NCBI GenBank assembly: GCA_965261005.1
Contig: OZ253375.1
Location: 896,001 to 960,000, forward strand
Source: Deinococcus sp.
Lineage (GTDB): Bacteria > Deinococcota > Deinococci > Deinococcales > Deinococcaceae
Length of the DNA stretch: 64,000 nt
Direction of reading: 5' to 3'
Each line of letters opens with the position of its first letter. The stretch's first letter is position 1. The notes below the pieces were generated by a model. That model was not told the origin of the DNA, made no database searches, and saw nothing but the letters and a program-made list of their open reading frames with translations. The position numbers and the translations under genes are program-made. Shown piece after piece: positions 49,765 to 61,307 of the stretch.

Positions 49765-51720
49765 ATGCTCCAGCCCGACAGCCTGCTCTCGTTGGTGTTT
49801 CCCTCCGACCCGCAGATTTCTCCGGACGGCCGGCAAGTGGTCTACGTCCTGACCCGCACCCAGGAGGAGGACCCGCACAAGCCGGACAAATCCGAGAAGG
49901 ACGTTCCCAAGCCGCGCTACAAGAGCGCCATTTATTTATCGGACGGCGGCGCGCCCAAGCAGCTCACCTCCGGGGAAAAGCGCGACTCGGCCCCCAGGTG
50001 GTCCCCGGACGGCAGCCGGCTCGCCTTTGTCTCCGACCGCGCGGGCAAGCCACAGCTGTTCGCGCTGCCCTTATCGGGCGGCGAGGCGCGGCAGCTGACC
50101 TTTTTCAAGGCGGGCGCGGGCGAGGCCAAGTGGAGTCCAGACGGCAGCACGCTCGCCTTTCTGTCGCGCGGCGACGACGAGGAGGGGCGCGAGGAGCGCG
50201 GCGAGGCGTTGGTGGTGACGCGGCTGCGCTACAAGTTCAACGGGGCGGGCTTTTTGCCGGAACAGGCGCGCAAGTTGTACCTGCTGGATTTGCAAGGGGG
50301 CCAGGCAGGTGAGAATCAGCCGCGCGAGCTGCACGCGCCCGCAACCGAGATTCAGGACTTCGTGTGGAAGCCGGACGGGAGCGGCCTGCTCTTCGTCGCC
50401 GCCGTGGACGAGGCCGCCGAGGCCGCTTGGCAAAGCGAGGTCTTCGAGCTGAGCTTGTCGGGCGAGGTGCGGCAAGTGACCCGGTGGAACTCGGCGCTGT
50501 CCGCCTTGGCGCCGCACCCGGACGGGGGGCGCTTCGCGGCCCTGGGCCATCCGCAGGACAAGCTCAACACCGAGGACACCCACGCCTTTGAGTTCGATAT
50601 GGCCGGCGGCGAGCCGAGGCGGCTGGACACGAAGATGGACGTGCCGGCCGGCAACATCGTGGCGGGGGACTGTCATGTGGGCGCCCTGCCGGGGCGGCCG
50701 GTCTGGCTGGGAGACCAGCTCACCCTGCAATACACCGTGGGCGGCAGCTGCGGGGTGTTCAAGCTGGAGAACGGGGAGGGGAAGCCGCTGGTCTACGAAG
50801 CAGGCGAGGTGGTGGCGGGCTTCACCGCCAACGCCAACGGCCTGGCGTGCCTGCGCGAAAGCGAGCACGCCTACCCGGAGGTCTACCTGAACGGGCAAAA
50901 AGTGACCGACTGCGCCGCCCAGTTGGGGGACGTGCCGCAGCGCAAGGCCGAGCGCGTCACCGTCCAGAACGACGAGGGCGCCGAGATCGAGGGCTGGGTA
51001 CTGCGCCCGGAGGGTGACGGGCTGCCCGCCATCCTCACAATTCACGGCGGCCCGCACACCGCCTACGGCCACGGCTTTGTGCACGAGTTCCAGCTGTTCG
51101 CGGAGCGCGGCTACGCGGTGTGCTACGCCAACCCGCGCGGCTCGGTCGGCTACGGGCAGGCCTGGTCGGAGGCCATTCACGGCCGCTGGGGCAGCGTGGA
51201 CCAAGCCGACTTGCTGGCCTTTTTCGACGCCTGCCTTCAGAAGTTTCCCGAGCTGGACGCGGGCAAGACCGCCGTGATGGGCGGCTCCTACGGCGGCTAC
51301 ATGACCAACTGGATCACCGGGCACACGGACCGCTTTGGGGTCGCCGTGACCGACCGCTCCATCTGCAACCTGGTCTCCTTCAACGGCACCAGCGACATCG
51401 CCCCGCGCTTTTGGCACGACGAGCTGGGGCTGGAGTTCATCAGGAGTGCGGACATTGACAGCTTGTGGGACATGAGTCCCCTCAAGTACGTCGAGAACGT
51501 GCGGACCCCCACCCTGATCATCCACTCCGAGGAGGACCTGCGCTGCCCCATCGAGCAGGCCGAGCAGTGGTTCACGGCCCTCAAGCTGCTGGGCACGGAG
51601 ACGCGCTTCGTGCGCTTTCCGGGGGAAACCCACGAGCTGTCGCGCTCGGGCCGCCCCGACCGCCGGGTGGCGCGCCTGAACGAGTACCTGAGCTGGCTGG
51701 ACGGGCACTTGAAGCCCTGA
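49765..51720 (+). CDS. S9 family peptidase
   Basis: WSPDG propeller repeats, IHGGP, GGSYGG, D, H triad. Confidence 0.93.
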   Translation: MLQPDSLLSLVFPSDPQISPDGRQVVYVLTRTQEEDPHKPDKSEKDVPKPRYKSAIYLSDGGAPKQLTSGEKRDSAPRWSPDGSRLAFVSDRAGKPQLFALPLSGGEARQLTFFKAGAGEAKWSPDGSTLAFLSRGDDEEGREERGEALVVTRLRYKFNGAGFLPEQARKLYLLDLQGGQAGENQPRELHAPATEIQDFVWKPDGSGLLFVAAVDEAAEAAWQSEVFELSLSGEVRQVTRWNSALSALAPHPDGGRFAALGHPQDKLNTEDTHAFEFDMAGGEPRRLDTKMDVPAGNIVAGDCHVGALPGRPVWLGDQLTLQYTVGGSCGVFKLENGEGKPLVYEAGEVVAGFTANANGLACLRESEHAYPEVYLNGQKVTDCAAQLGDVPQRKAERVTVQNDEGAEIEGWVLRPEGDGLPAILTIHGGPHTAYGHGFVHEFQLFAERGYAVCYANPRGSVGYGQAWSEAIHGRWGSVDQADLLAFFDACLQKFPELDAGKTAVMGGSYGGYMTNWITGHTDRFGVAVTDRSICNLVSFNGTSDIAPRFWHDELGLEFIRSADIDSLWDMSPLKYVENVRTPTLIIHSEEDLRCPIEQAEQWFTALKLLGTETRFVRFPGETHELSRSGRPDRRVARLNEYLSWLDGHLKP

Positions 51721-51792
51721 GTCTGAAGCCCTGAGCCTAACTGTGGCCCTTCGGTCGCTGAAGCCGCGCGGGCGGCAGGCTACAATCTCCCC

Positions 51793-53466
51793 ATGCCGCT
51801 GACCGCGCCACTTTTGATCCTGCTGGCCTACGCCATCGGCAGCTTGCCGCTGGGTTACTGGCTGCTGACCCGCTTGGGCTTTCGGCCGCGCCTCTTGTCC
51901 GCCCACAACCTCGGCGTCGAGAACGTCGTGCGCCAACTGGGCGCCGGCCCCGCCATCGGCAGCGCCGCGCTCGACTTCGCCAAGGGCTGCGCAGCGGTGC
52001 TGGTCACGGCCAGCCTGGGACGGCCCGAGCTGGCCGTGATCGGCGCCCTGGCCGCCTACGCCGGGCACCTCTTTCCGCCGCGCTTTCTGTTCCCGGACTT
52101 GCCGCCCAGGGGACGCGGCAACCTGGTGTTGCTGGGCGTGCTGGCGGGGCTGTACCTGGGCGCTGGGCTGAGCCTTTGGATCACGCTGTTGCCGCTGGCG
52201 GTGTGGGGCCTGACCCTGGGCCTGTCCGGCTTCGCGGCGGTGGCGACCGTGGCGGGCCTGGGCGCCTTCGCGCTGGCGCTGGGCCTGAGCGGCCTACCCC
52301 TGGGGGCCAAGTTGGCCGGCCTCGCGATCCTGGCCTTGGCGGCGTGGCGTTCGAAGGAGAATCTGGGCCGGGTGATTGACGGCCTGGAGCCGCGCGTGGG
52401 CGAGGACGTGCCGATGGGCGGCAAGAACCCCGATCAGGTGGTCGCGGCCTTTATGGTCCATCCCCTGACGCTGGAAGACTTTTGGCAGCCGAGGCGCTTC
52501 GCCTGGATGAAGACGCTGGTGGAGCGCGGCGTCGTGAGCGAGGCCAGCGTGCGCGACTTCGCCACCCGGCTGCGCCCCATGAAGCTGGGCGAGCTGCGTG
52601 GCATTCGCACGGCGGACGGCAAGGAGATTCGCGCCTACCTGATCTCCAGCCCGATTCTGCCCGCTACCTTCAAGGACCGGCCCGAGCTGGCCGTTCAGCG
52701 CGCCATTCAGGGCGCGCGCCTGGCGCAGGAACTCGGCGCCAGCGTCTTCGGCCTCGGCGCCTTTTGGAGCGTGGTCGGCAACAAGGGCGAGGACGTGCAA
52801 AGGGCCGTGCCCGAAATTCCCGTCACCAACGGCGGCGCCTACACCGCCGGCACCATCAAGGCCGCCATTCCCGCCATCCTGGAACACTTCGGGGCGGAGG
52901 GCCGCGACCTGGCGGCGGCCACGGCGGCGGTCGTGGGCGCCAACGGCGTGGTCGCCTTCGGGATCGCGCGCACCATTGCGCCGCAGGTCAAGAAGGTCAT
53001 CATGGTGGGCCGCGACCCCGAGCGGCTGGAGCGCAGCGCGCACACCCTGCGCCGCGCCAACCCGGCCACCGAGGTCGTGACCAGCCTGGACGTCGCGAGC
53101 GTCAGGGAGGCCGACCTGATCTTCACGGCCACCAGCGACCCCGAGCCGGTCATCTTCCCCAAGCACGTGAAGCCGGGCGCCTGGCTCTTCGACGAGGGCC
53201 GTCCCGCCGACGTTCACGACAGCGTGGCCGAGGTGGAGGGCGTGCGCGTCATCCCCGGCGGCGTGGTCCGCCCCCCCGGCGAGATGCGCGCCAGCGCCGA
53301 CATGCACTTCGGCGAGCACAACGTCCCCGCCTGCCTGGCCGAGACCCTGATCATTGCCGCCACCGGCGAGTACGACCGCAAGTCCCTGGGGCCGCAGACG
53401 AAGAGCGAGAACGTCAACTTCTTCGTGGAGCAGGCGGGCAAGCTGGGCTTCGAGGTCATTGGCTAG
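51793..53466 (+). CDS. PlsY-like membrane domain fused to an acyl-ACP reductase-like Rossmann domain
   Basis: N-term [17 protein letters not shown]-term [31 protein letters not shown]. Confidence 0.75.
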   Translation: MPLTAPLLILLAYAIGSLPLGYWLLTRLGFRPRLLSAHNLGVENVVRQLGAGPAIGSAALDFAKGCAAVLVTASLGRPELAVIGALAAYAGHLFPPRFLFPDLPPRGRGNLVLLGVLAGLYLGAGLSLWITLLPLAVWGLTLGLSGFAAVATVAGLGAFALALGLSGLPLGAKLAGLAILALAAWRSKENLGRVIDGLEPRVGEDVPMGGKNPDQVVAAFMVHPLTLEDFWQPRRFAWMKTLVERGVVSEASVRDFATRLRPMKLGELRGIRTADGKEIRAYLISSPILPATFKDRPELAVQRAIQGARLAQELGASVFGLGAFWSVVGNKGEDVQRAVPEIPVTNGGAYTAGTIKAAIPAILEHFGAEGRDLAAATAAVVGANGVVAFGIARTIAPQVKKVIMVGRDPERLERSAHTLRRANPATEVVTSLDVASVREADLIFTATSDPEPVIFPKHVKPGAWLFDEGRPADVHDSVAEVEGVRVIPGGVVRPPGEMRASADMHFGEHNVPACLAETLIIAATGEYDRKSLGPQTKSENVNFFVEQAGKLGFEVIG

Positions 53467-53500
53467 CGAGCGAGCTTTCAAGGCGCTATACACTACCCGC

Positions 53501-54031
53501 GTGAACACCCATCCCATTCAGGTCGGCGACGTGCGGCGCGATCTTCCCGTCGTGGAGGTCGCCCCCGGCGTGTCGGTGGCGCTCTTCAACATGCTGGGCG
53601 ACGCCGAGGTGACCGAGGCCGCCGGCCGGGCGCTGGCCGCCCAACTGCCCCCCGACATTGACACCCTGGTCACGCCCGAGGTCAAGGCGCTGCCGCTGGC
53701 GCACGTCATCTCACGCCTGAGCGGCAAGCCCTACGTCGTCATCCGCAAGACCCAAAAGCCCTACATGATCGCCCCGGTGGCGCGTGAGGTCGTCTCGATC
53801 ACCACCGGCAGGCCGCAACTGCTGGTCCTCGACGGCCACGACGTCCCCAAGTTGCGCGGCAAGAAGGTCGCCATCGTGGACGACGTGGTTTCCAGCGGCG
53901 GCACCCTGCGCAGCCTGACCGACATCATCGAGGGCGCGGGCGGCGAGGTCGCGGCCGTGGTCGCCGTGTTCACCGAGGGCGAGGAGCGGCCGGACGTGAT
54001 CTCGCTGGGGCACCTGCCGCTGTTCAGGTAG
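53501..54031 (+). CDS. Adenine phosphoribosyltransferase-like protein
   Basis: [21 protein letters not shown] motif; TACACT 6 nt before the GTG. Confidence 0.85.
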   Translation: MNTHPIQVGDVRRDLPVVEVAPGVSVALFNMLGDAEVTEAAGRALAAQLPPDIDTLVTPEVKALPLAHVISRLSGKPYVVIRKTQKPYMIAPVAREVVSITTGRPQLLVLDGHDVPKLRGKKVAIVDDVVSSGGTLRSLTDIIEGAGGEVAAVVAVFTEGEERPDVISLGHLPLFR

Positions 54032-54122
54032 GGGAAATGAGTTGAAGCTGTTCATCGCGCTTGCATGAGAAATCTTATAGAAATCCTTGAGCGGACAGGC
54101 ATTTTGAGGTATACTGAGAATC

Positions 54123-54818
54123 ATGAAATTCATAAGTCAAGGTCGCTTGGATCGGGCAAAGCAAGGCATTGTTCTATTCAGTGCTCTCTTTTTGACGCAG
54201 AACCTTGTTTATGTGGCAAAGGAGGCTTCGAGGCGTAATTTCGTCGTGCCTTTTGGTACTCTCTTTATTTCTGTAACATTCTACCTTGGATTATACTGTA
54301 CATATTCCTGGATTGACGCTTTTCTCAGAGAAGACTTCTCGAGCTTGGCGAAAGCAACAAAGGCTTCTAGCAAAGCTTGGGCGTGGTACAGTTTCAGCTT
54401 TCTGATTCTTATACCATTATTTTGTTTCGTCCCGTCACTATCTGAATCTAGATGGAGAATGGGTGTCATTATAACTTACACTATACTTTTACTAATTGCG
54501 TTTTTATTCACAAAAGTAGTAACGAACTCTTTTTGCGCTTGGATGCGAAAGTCTTACCACGCGATATCAGGTAAGCAACAAGGTGTGGATTTTGAGCAAA
54601 CCCGCAGTATCAAAGGGTGGTTGACATTATTACAATTCCTTCAATTTGCGTCAATTTTTGACTTTGTATTTCGATTACTATCAACTCGTCCATTAACACA
54701 ATGGGATATCTTCTACTTTTTTCTTACTAGTCTCGTTGGTGTGGCAGGCTTTCTGGCGATCATGTGGATTAAGGGCATAATGGGGCTAGTTCCAACAGCT
54801 GGAGAAGTGACGGCGTGA
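54123..54818 (+). CDS. Low-GC hypothetical multi-pass membrane protein
   Basis: 231-aa ORF, about six hydrophobic segments, AT-rich codon usage. Confidence 0.6.
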   Translation: MKFISQGRLDRAKQGIVLFSALFLTQNLVYVAKEASRRNFVVPFGTLFISVTFYLGLYCTYSWIDAFLREDFSSLAKATKASSKAWAWYSFSFLILIPLFCFVPSLSESRWRMGVIITYTILLLIAFLFTKVVTNSFCAWMRKSYHAISGKQQGVDFEQTRSIKGWLTLLQFLQFASIFDFVFRLLSTRPLTQWDIFYFFLTSLVGVAGFLAIMWIKGIMGLVPTAGEVTA

Positions 54819-54845
54819 ATACTTGAATGACGGGAAGCTGCATTC

Positions 54846-54975
54846 TTATATGAGATTGCTTTGATTCCAATCTATGTTGGAAAAGCACCAACATAGATTT
54901 CCATCGCCGCCATCCCGTACTTTCTTCTACTCGCTCCGCTCGGATTCGTCTTCGACTCATCTTAAGTTCGTATTA
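54846..54975 (-). repeat. 130-bp structured intergenic repeat, copy 2 (Deinococcus SNR-like)
   Basis: Inverted near-copy of 7479-7608. Confidence 0.9.
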
Positions 54976-55019
54976 GCAGATTGATACAAGTTCGTCCTTC
55001 CATCCCGTAGACTCTCCCC

Positions 55020-55550
55020 ATGCCAAGCTTCAGCGTCACCGTCGGGAACGTCACGCGCGAGCTGCCGACCATTCAGGTGGGCGAGATGGGGCGGGTTCCT
55101 TTGGTGGAGTTTCTGGGGGACGCCGCCTTTACGAACGCCGTCGCGGACGCGCTGCTGCCCCTGTTGCCGGCAGGCGCCGAGGTCATCCTGAGCGTGTCCA
55201 CCAGCAGCATCCCGCTGGCCCACGCCCTCAGCGAGCGCAGCCAGCTTCCCTACGTCATCGTCCGCAAGAAGCGCCGCACCTACATGCGCGACCCGCTGAT
55301 TCAGGACGTGCCCAGCATGACCCTGGGCGTGCGCGAAACGCTGTGGCTCGACGGGCGCCACGCCCGGCAGCTGGGCGGCAAACAGGTCGCTATCCTGACC
55401 GACGTGGTTTCCAGCGGCGGCACCGCCGAGGCTTTGGCCCGCCTGACCGTGCGCGCCGGCGGCGAGGTGGCCGGCTACCTGGCCGCCTTCAAGCAGGGGG
55501 AGCCGCGCATAGACGTGAGATACTTGCAGGAATTGCCAAAGGTGCTGTAA
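55020..55550 (+). CDS. Phosphoribosyltransferase homologue (APRT-like paralogue)
   Basis: [17 protein letters not shown] (DD to TD); similar to 53501-54031. Confidence 0.8.
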   Translation: MPSFSVTVGNVTRELPTIQVGEMGRVPLVEFLGDAAFTNAVADALLPLLPAGAEVILSVSTSSIPLAHALSERSQLPYVIVRKKRRTYMRDPLIQDVPSMTLGVRETLWLDGRHARQLGGKQVAILTDVVSSGGTAEALARLTVRAGGEVAGYLAAFKQGEPRIDVRYLQELPKVL

Positions 55551-55575
55551 GAAGCTCCTTTTCCAGCCCACACCC

Positions 55576-56940
55576 TCACTCGAAAATCTTGCCCGGATTG
55601 AGCAAGCCCTGCGGATCAAACACACTCTTGATCTCGCGCATCACGTCCAGGGCGTCGCCGTGTTCGGCGCGCAGGTACTTGCGCTTGCGGATGCCCACGC
55701 CGTGTTCCCCCGTGCAGGTGCCGCCCAGCTCCAGCGCCTTCTTGGTCATGCCGTCCGACACGCGGGCGATGCGCTCCCAAGCGTCTGTATCGTCTTTCGG
55801 GGCGTGGAAGAGCAGGTGGAAGTTGCCGTCTCCGACGTGCCCGACCATTGGGGCGTTCAGGTGGTTTTCCGCAAGCAGGCGCCCCGTCTCGGCCCAAGCC
55901 TCCGGCAGGGCGGCCACGGGCACGCACACGTCGCTGGTCCGGTTCACGTCGCCGGGAAAGGCGGCGCGAATGGCGTAGTAGGCGTGGTGGCGCGCGGTCC
56001 AGAGCTTTTCACGCTCCCCTTCCGTGGTCGCGCGTCCCGTCACCTCGCCGCCGGCCAACCCGCACAGCTCCTGGGCGAGGTCCAATTGGGCCTGCACGTC
56101 CGCCGTGTCGCGCCCAGCCAGCTCGATCCACAGGGTGGGCGCTTCCCGGTCATGACGGTTTTTATAGGCGTTCACGGCGCGAATGGCCCCCGCGTCCACC
56201 AGCTCCAAACGCTGTGGTGACGCGCCCGCCCCGATCAAGCTGACGGCGGCCTCCACGGCCGACGCCACGCTGGGAAAGTTGACTTGCACCGACGCGACCG
56301 CCCCCGGCAGCGGCCACAGCCGCACCGTCAGCTCGGTGATGACGCCCAGGGTGCCCTCCGACCCCAGAAAGAGGTGTTTGAGGTTGTAGCCGGCGCTCGA
56401 CTTGCGCGCCTGGCTGCCCACCCGGATCACCCGGCCATCTATCAGCGCGACGCGCATTTCCAGCACGTTCTCGCGCATGGTGCCGTACTTGAGCGCCATG
56501 GTGCCGCTCGCGCCGGTGGCCGCCATGCCGCCCAGCGTGGCGTCGGCGCCGGGGTCCACCGCGAAGAAGAGGCCGTGCGGGCGCGCGAGGCGCGACAGCT
56601 CGGGGTACGGTACGCCCGGCTGCGCGGTGGCGCTGAAGTTGGCCGGATCAAGCGCCAACACCCGGTTCATGCGCGTCAGGTTCAGGCTGACGCCCCCCGC
56701 CACCGGCACGGCGTTTCCCTCCAGCGAGCTGCCCGCCGCGAAGGGAGTGAGCGGCACGCCACGCTCACGGGCGTACCCCAGCGCGGCCACCACGTCGGCC
56801 TCGCTCTCGGCGTACACGACGGCCTGCGGCGGGTGAGCGCCGGGGTAGCCCTCGTCGCGCCCGTGCTGCTCCAAATCACTCGGGAGGACGCTGAAGCGCT
56901 CGCCGAACAGCGCCCGCAAGTCCTCGGCTTGGCTGGTCAT
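55576..56940 (-). CDS. FAD-linked oxidase (GlcD/D-lactate dehydrogenase-like)
   Basis: GSSLEG, DPGA.ATLGG, GSEGTLG, H.GDGN.H, GEHGVG, LNPGK. Confidence 0.9.
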   Translation of the reverse strand: MTSQAEDLRALFGERFSVLPSDLEQHGRDEGYPGAHPPQAVVYAESEADVVAALGYARERGVPLTPFAAGSSLEGNAVPVAGGVSLNLTRMNRVLALDPANFSATAQPGVPYPELSRLARPHGLFFAVDPGADATLGGMAATGASGTMALKYGTMRENVLEMRVALIDGRVIRVGSQARKSSAGYNLKHLFLGSEGTLGVITELTVRLWPLPGAVASVQVNFPSVASAVEAAVSLIGAGASPQRLELVDAGAIRAVNAYKNRHDREAPTLWIELAGRDTADVQAQLDLAQELCGLAGGEVTGRATTEGEREKLWTARHHAYYAIRAAFPGDVNRTSDVCVPVAALPEAWAETGRLLAENHLNAPMVGHVGDGNFHLLFHAPKDDTDAWERIARVSDGMTKKALELGGTCTGEHGVGIRKRKYLRAEHGDALDVMREIKSVFDPQGLLNPGKIFE

Positions 56941-56982
56941 GCCCCAGGGTAATTCAAACGGCCCGATGTCAGGGGAATTGGG

Positions 56983-57555
56983 TTAAGGGGATTGGGGGGG
57001 CGGCTCCGCTGGCGGCGGCTCGCCAGGTGGAGTGACGGGCGGGATCGCGGGCGGCGCTGTCTCTGCGGGCGGGGGGGCCGTGTCTTCGGGCGGCCCTGCT
57101 GGTTCAGCCGCCGGTTCAGCAGCCGGCTCCGCTGCCGGAACCGGCGCGGGCGGGATGATGGGCACCTCGGCCAGCTCGAATTGGCGCAGCACATCGCCGC
57201 CGAAGGTCACGACGGCGCGGTAAAAGCCCTTGTCTGGGGCAGGCAGGCGGAACGTGGACGCCGGCTCGCGGGCGTCCAGGTACGCCTGGTCGCGGCCCAG
57301 TTCGGTGTCGCCGCGAAACCACACCACGCTCAGGTAGCCCGCTTGGCGCCTCGCGTCGAGCTTCACCGTCAGCACCAGGTTCTCGCCGCTGCGCGTGAGA
57401 CTGCCGGCGCTCAGGCGGGCCGGAAAGGTGCCCTGCACCGTCGGCGGGATGATGGGAAAGGTGGTGTAGCGACAGGACGTGAAGATACAGGCCAGACACA
57501 GCAGCGCGGCACGTTTTTTAAACGCTTGATGTTTGAATCCTTGATGGTTGAGCAC
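56983..57555 (-). CDS. Putative lipoprotein with Pro-rich tail
   Basis: Hydrophobic stretch ending FTSC; AEPA repeats; start uncertain. Confidence 0.55.
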   Translation of the reverse strand: MLNHQGFKHQAFKKRAALLCLACIFTSCRYTTFPIIPPTVQGTFPARLSAGSLTRSGENLVLTVKLDARRQAGYLSVVWFRGDTELGRDQAYLDAREPASTFRLPAPDKGFYRAVVTFGGDVLRQFELAEVPIIPPAPVPAAEPAAEPAAEPAGPPEDTAPPPAETAPPAIPPVTPPGEPPPAEPPPQSP

Positions 57556-57556
57556 T

Positions 57557-58243
<687 letters not shown>

Positions 58244-59038
58244 TTAAGGCGTCACCTTGACCAGCGCCCACTCGCCACGGGTGCGAATCTGCGGGCCACG
58301 AAATCCCTCGCGCTCCAAGGCGGCCAGCACGAGGGGCAGCTTCTCGGTCAGGATGCCGGTGAGGATCAGCGTACCCCCGGCCCTGAGCACGTCGTTGTAC
58401 TGTTCCATCAGCGTGTCGTGCAGCTCGGCGTAGAGGTTGGCGACGACCACCCCGAAGGCGGCCTCGCCATACAACTCCCGCGCATCCGCCAACGTTCCCT
58501 CTAAAAAGGTCAGCGTCTCCCCTCCTGAGAGGCCGTTCAAGGCGGCATTTTCGCGCGCCGCCGGCAGGGTGACGGGGTCGCTGTCCACGCCCACGGCGAG
58601 CGCGGCCCCCAGCAGCGAAGCCCCCAGCGCCAGCACGCCCGAGCCGCTGCCCACGTCCAGCACGGTCTTGCCCGTGGGCGCCACCTCTTGCAGCGCCTCC
58701 AGGGCCAGCTGGGTGGTCGCGTGATGTCCGGTCCCAAAGGCCATGCCGACCTCGATCACCAGGGGGATTTGGCCGGGCGGCACCTCTTCGCGCAGCCACG
58801 GCGGCACCACCGTCAATTGGCCCGCCGTGACCGGCTGCAAGTCCTGCTTCCAGACCTTTTGCCAGTCCTGCTCGCGCTCCTGGGACCACTCGCCCCCTAT
58901 GGGCAGCTCTAGTTCGTCCTCGAAGTAGGCGCGCACCACGCCGCCGCGCTGCTCCAGGCCCGTGGCGCCCGCCGCCCAAAGCACATCCCAATTGGCGCCC
59001 TCGTCGTCCAGCGTGCCCGGCACCGAGTAAACCCACAT
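58244..59038 (-). CDS. prmA: Ribosomal protein L11 methyltransferase
   Basis: DW...[27 protein letters not shown]. Confidence 0.93.
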   Translation of the reverse strand: MWVYSVPGTLDDEGANWDVLWAAGATGLEQRGGVVRAYFEDELELPIGGEWSQEREQDWQKVWKQDLQPVTAGQLTVVPPWLREEVPPGQIPLVIEVGMAFGTGHHATTQLALEALQEVAPTGKTVLDVGSGSGVLALGASLLGAALAVGVDSDPVTLPAARENAALNGLSGGETLTFLEGTLADARELYGEAAFGVVVANLYAELHDTLMEQYNDVLRAGGTLILTGILTEKLPLVLAALEREGFRGPQIRTRGEWALVKVTP

Positions 59039-59086
59039 GCGCCCAGTGTAGCGGCACGCCCGTGGCGCGTGCGTATAATCGGGCGC

Positions 59087-59878
59087 ATGAAGCTGGCCAT
59101 CGTGGGCGTGGGCAAGCTGGGGCTGGCCCTGCTGGAGGGGCTGACCCAAAAGGGCGTGCTGCCGCCGCAGGAGATCGGTTTGCTCGACCTGAACGTGGCG
59201 CGCGCCGAGGAGTTGGCAGAGCGCTGCGGGGCGCGGGTGATCCGGGCAGGGGACTTGGCGAGGGCCGAGCGCGCCCTGCTGTGCCTCCAGCCGCGCACCT
59301 TTCCTGGCGTGGCGGAGGGCTTGGCGCAGCCGGGGGCCGGCTACCTGTCCACCATGGCAGGCGTGAGCCTGGCGACCCTCTCGCGGCGCCTGGGCACCCG
59401 GCGGGTGGTGCGGGCCATGCCCAACCTGGCCGCCACCATCGGCCGGGCGCAGACGGCTTTGGCCGCCCCGCGTGAGGCCGTCGAGCACGGCGACCTCGAC
59501 TTCGCGCGCCGCCTGTTCGGCGCGGTGGGCGACGTGTACGACTTGCCCGAACACCTCTTCAACACCTTCACCGGCATGAGCGCCTCTGGCCCCGCCTACG
59601 CCGCCGTCTTCGCCGAGGCCCTGGCCGACGGCGCGGTACGCATGGGCCTGTCGCGCCCCCTGGCGCAGGAGTTGGCCGCCAAGCTGCTAATCGCCTCGGG
59701 GGAATTGCTGCTCGGGCGCGCCCATCCGGCCATGCTGCGCGATGAGGTCGCCTCGCCGGGCGGCACCACCATCGCGGGCCTGGCCGAATTGGAGCGCGGC
59801 GCCATGCGCTCGGCCCTGATCGAGGCGGTCGTGGCCGCCACCAAGCGCGGCGCGGAGTTGGGGAGGGACGAGGAGTGA
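59087..59878 (+). CDS. proC: Pyrroline-5-carboxylate reductase
   Basis: GVGKLG, RAMPN, SGPAY, SPGGTT. Confidence 0.93.
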   Translation: MKLAIVGVGKLGLALLEGLTQKGVLPPQEIGLLDLNVARAEELAERCGARVIRAGDLARAERALLCLQPRTFPGVAEGLAQPGAGYLSTMAGVSLATLSRRLGTRRVVRAMPNLAATIGRAQTALAAPREAVEHGDLDFARRLFGAVGDVYDLPEHLFNTFTGMSASGPAYAAVFAEALADGAVRMGLSRPLAQELAAKLLIASGELLLGRAHPAMLRDEVASPGGTTIAGLAELERGAMRSALIEAVVAATKRGAELGRDEE

Positions 59879-59904
59879 ACACTCCGCGACGGCTACACGC
59901 CCAG

Positions 59905-60339
59905 TTACGCGCGCAACGTCTCGGAAGTCCAGGTTGCCAGGCCACACCCCAGAAAATCGCCGTCATTTGTCAGAATGGCCGCGCCGCCGAGGTGCAGCGC
60001 GAGGGCCACCACAGGCCAGTCATTGGAATCGCGCGGAATGCGCCGCCGCGCCTCAACTTCTAGCGGAGCGTAGTCTTGCCCGGCGATTGGCACGGTTTTC
60101 GTTCGCAAAAAGGCCAGCGCCAAGTCAAGGAGTTGCTGCGCCTCAGCCTCACTCACCCGACCCGTCTCCCCGATCAAGCGCGTGCGGCGGCGAAGTTCGT
60201 ATTCTGCTTCGCCCGCCATCCGGTCGGGGACAAACAGGGTCAGGACGGGGTGCCCCAGCGGCGCCCGTCCACGTGGACGCAACACCTCCGCGACCAGCAC
60301 GCTGGCGTCCACGACCAGAGTCGAATGAACGCCGTTCAA
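59905..60339 (-). CDS. PIN-domain toxin (VapC-like)
   Basis: LVVDASVL, E, D.NDWP.VALAL, T.D.DF; TTG start overlaps the antitoxin stop. Confidence 0.8.
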   Translation of the reverse strand: MNGVHSTLVVDASVLVAEVLRPRGRAPLGHPVLTLFVPDRMAGEAEYELRRRTRLIGETGRVSEAEAQQLLDLALAFLRTKTVPIAGQDYAPLEVEARRRIPRDSNDWPVVALALHLGGAAILTNDGDFLGCGLATWTSETLRA

Positions 60340-60611
60340 TCTGCCGTCTGGGGGGCGTTGGCGCGGGCAAGCCGTTCGATTTCGTCGGCCAACTGTTCCT
60401 GAGTCATGCATGAGCGCTGCGCAATCCGCTCCAGCAAGCGGTTCAGATCGTCGGCCAGTTGGTAAGCGCGCAGCTTGTCCTTGCCCACCTCCTGTCCAAT
60501 CGGCACGTACACGCCGACCGGCTGACCGTAACGTTCGACCACTACGGCTTCTCCCGCGCTCACAATGCTGCTGGCCTGATCCTTGAGTTCTTTGATACCT
60601 ACCGTTCGCAT
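60336..60611 (-). CDS. Phd/YefM-like antitoxin
   Basis: MRTVGIKELK..AS....GE.VVV.R.G.PV. Confidence 0.8.
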   Translation of the reverse strand: MRTVGIKELKDQASSIVSAGEAVVVERYGQPVGVYVPIGQEVGKDKLRAYQLADDLNRLLERIAQRSCMTQEQLADEIERLARANAPQTAD

Positions 60612-60722
60612 GAGGCGGTCTTACTTCAAAAGCTGGACCACATTATGGCCCACTGACGGTGGTGGACGAGGAGTGAACTTCCTTAGGGCAAGTTATCTAC
60701 AGAAAACGCTAAGCTGACGCTC

Positions 60723-61268
60723 ATGCGTCAACTCCTGCGCCTGGTCGCCCCGCTCACCCTCTTCGGTCTGAGCTTTTCTCTGGCGGCGGGCGGCTACTAT
60801 CCCAGCGCGCCCGGCACCACTTGGAAGCTCTCGAACGGCGAGGTGCAGCGCCTGTTGGAGCCGCTGAGCGTGCGGGGCGTCAAGGTGACCCCGCTTCAGC
60901 ACAGCGTGAACGGCAAGCTGGTATCCGAGGACCTGCTGGACTTCGCGGGCGGCGGCGTGCGGCTGCGCGGCACCCGCAGCAACAACCAACTGACCTGGTA
61001 CGACCCACCCCTCACGATCTACCCGGCCGCACCCCTGACCCCCGGACAAAACTGGACCAGCACCACGGCGGGGCTGACCCTCAAGTCGCGGGTGATGGGG
61101 CAGGAGGCGCTGGAAAACGGCGCGGGCAAGTTCAACACCCTGGTCATCCGCAACGAGGTCACGACCAGCTCGGGCGGGGCCAGCGCCAGCTACAGCTACT
61201 TCGTGCCGGGGGTGGGCACGGTGCGCTACTTGGACGCGAACGGCGGCGCGGTGGACTTGCAGAGGTAA
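60723..61268 (+). CDS. Secreted hypothetical beta-rich protein
   Basis: Signal peptide; YYP..PG..W, AG.F, YFVPGVG.V. Confidence 0.7.
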   Translation: MRQLLRLVAPLTLFGLSFSLAAGGYYPSAPGTTWKLSNGEVQRLLEPLSVRGVKVTPLQHSVNGKLVSEDLLDFAGGGVRLRGTRSNNQLTWYDPPLTIYPAAPLTPGQNWTSTTAGLTLKSRVMGQEALENGAGKFNTLVIRNEVTTSSGGASASYSYFVPGVGTVRYLDANGGAVDLQR

Positions 61269-61307
61269 ATGCGTCCCGAACGTTCGGGAAAGCCCTTAGA
61301 ATGAGTC

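Noticed and set aside
50071..52068. 665-aa minus-strand ORF and many similar long antisense or alternate-frame ORFs
   Set aside because: Expected in high-GC DNA; they overlap well-supported genes and have no motifs
54769..54960. Peptide MSRRRIRAERVEESTGWRRWK.. seen twice (also 7473-7760)
   Set aside because: Translation of the 130-bp repeat; conservation is at the nucleotide and structure level
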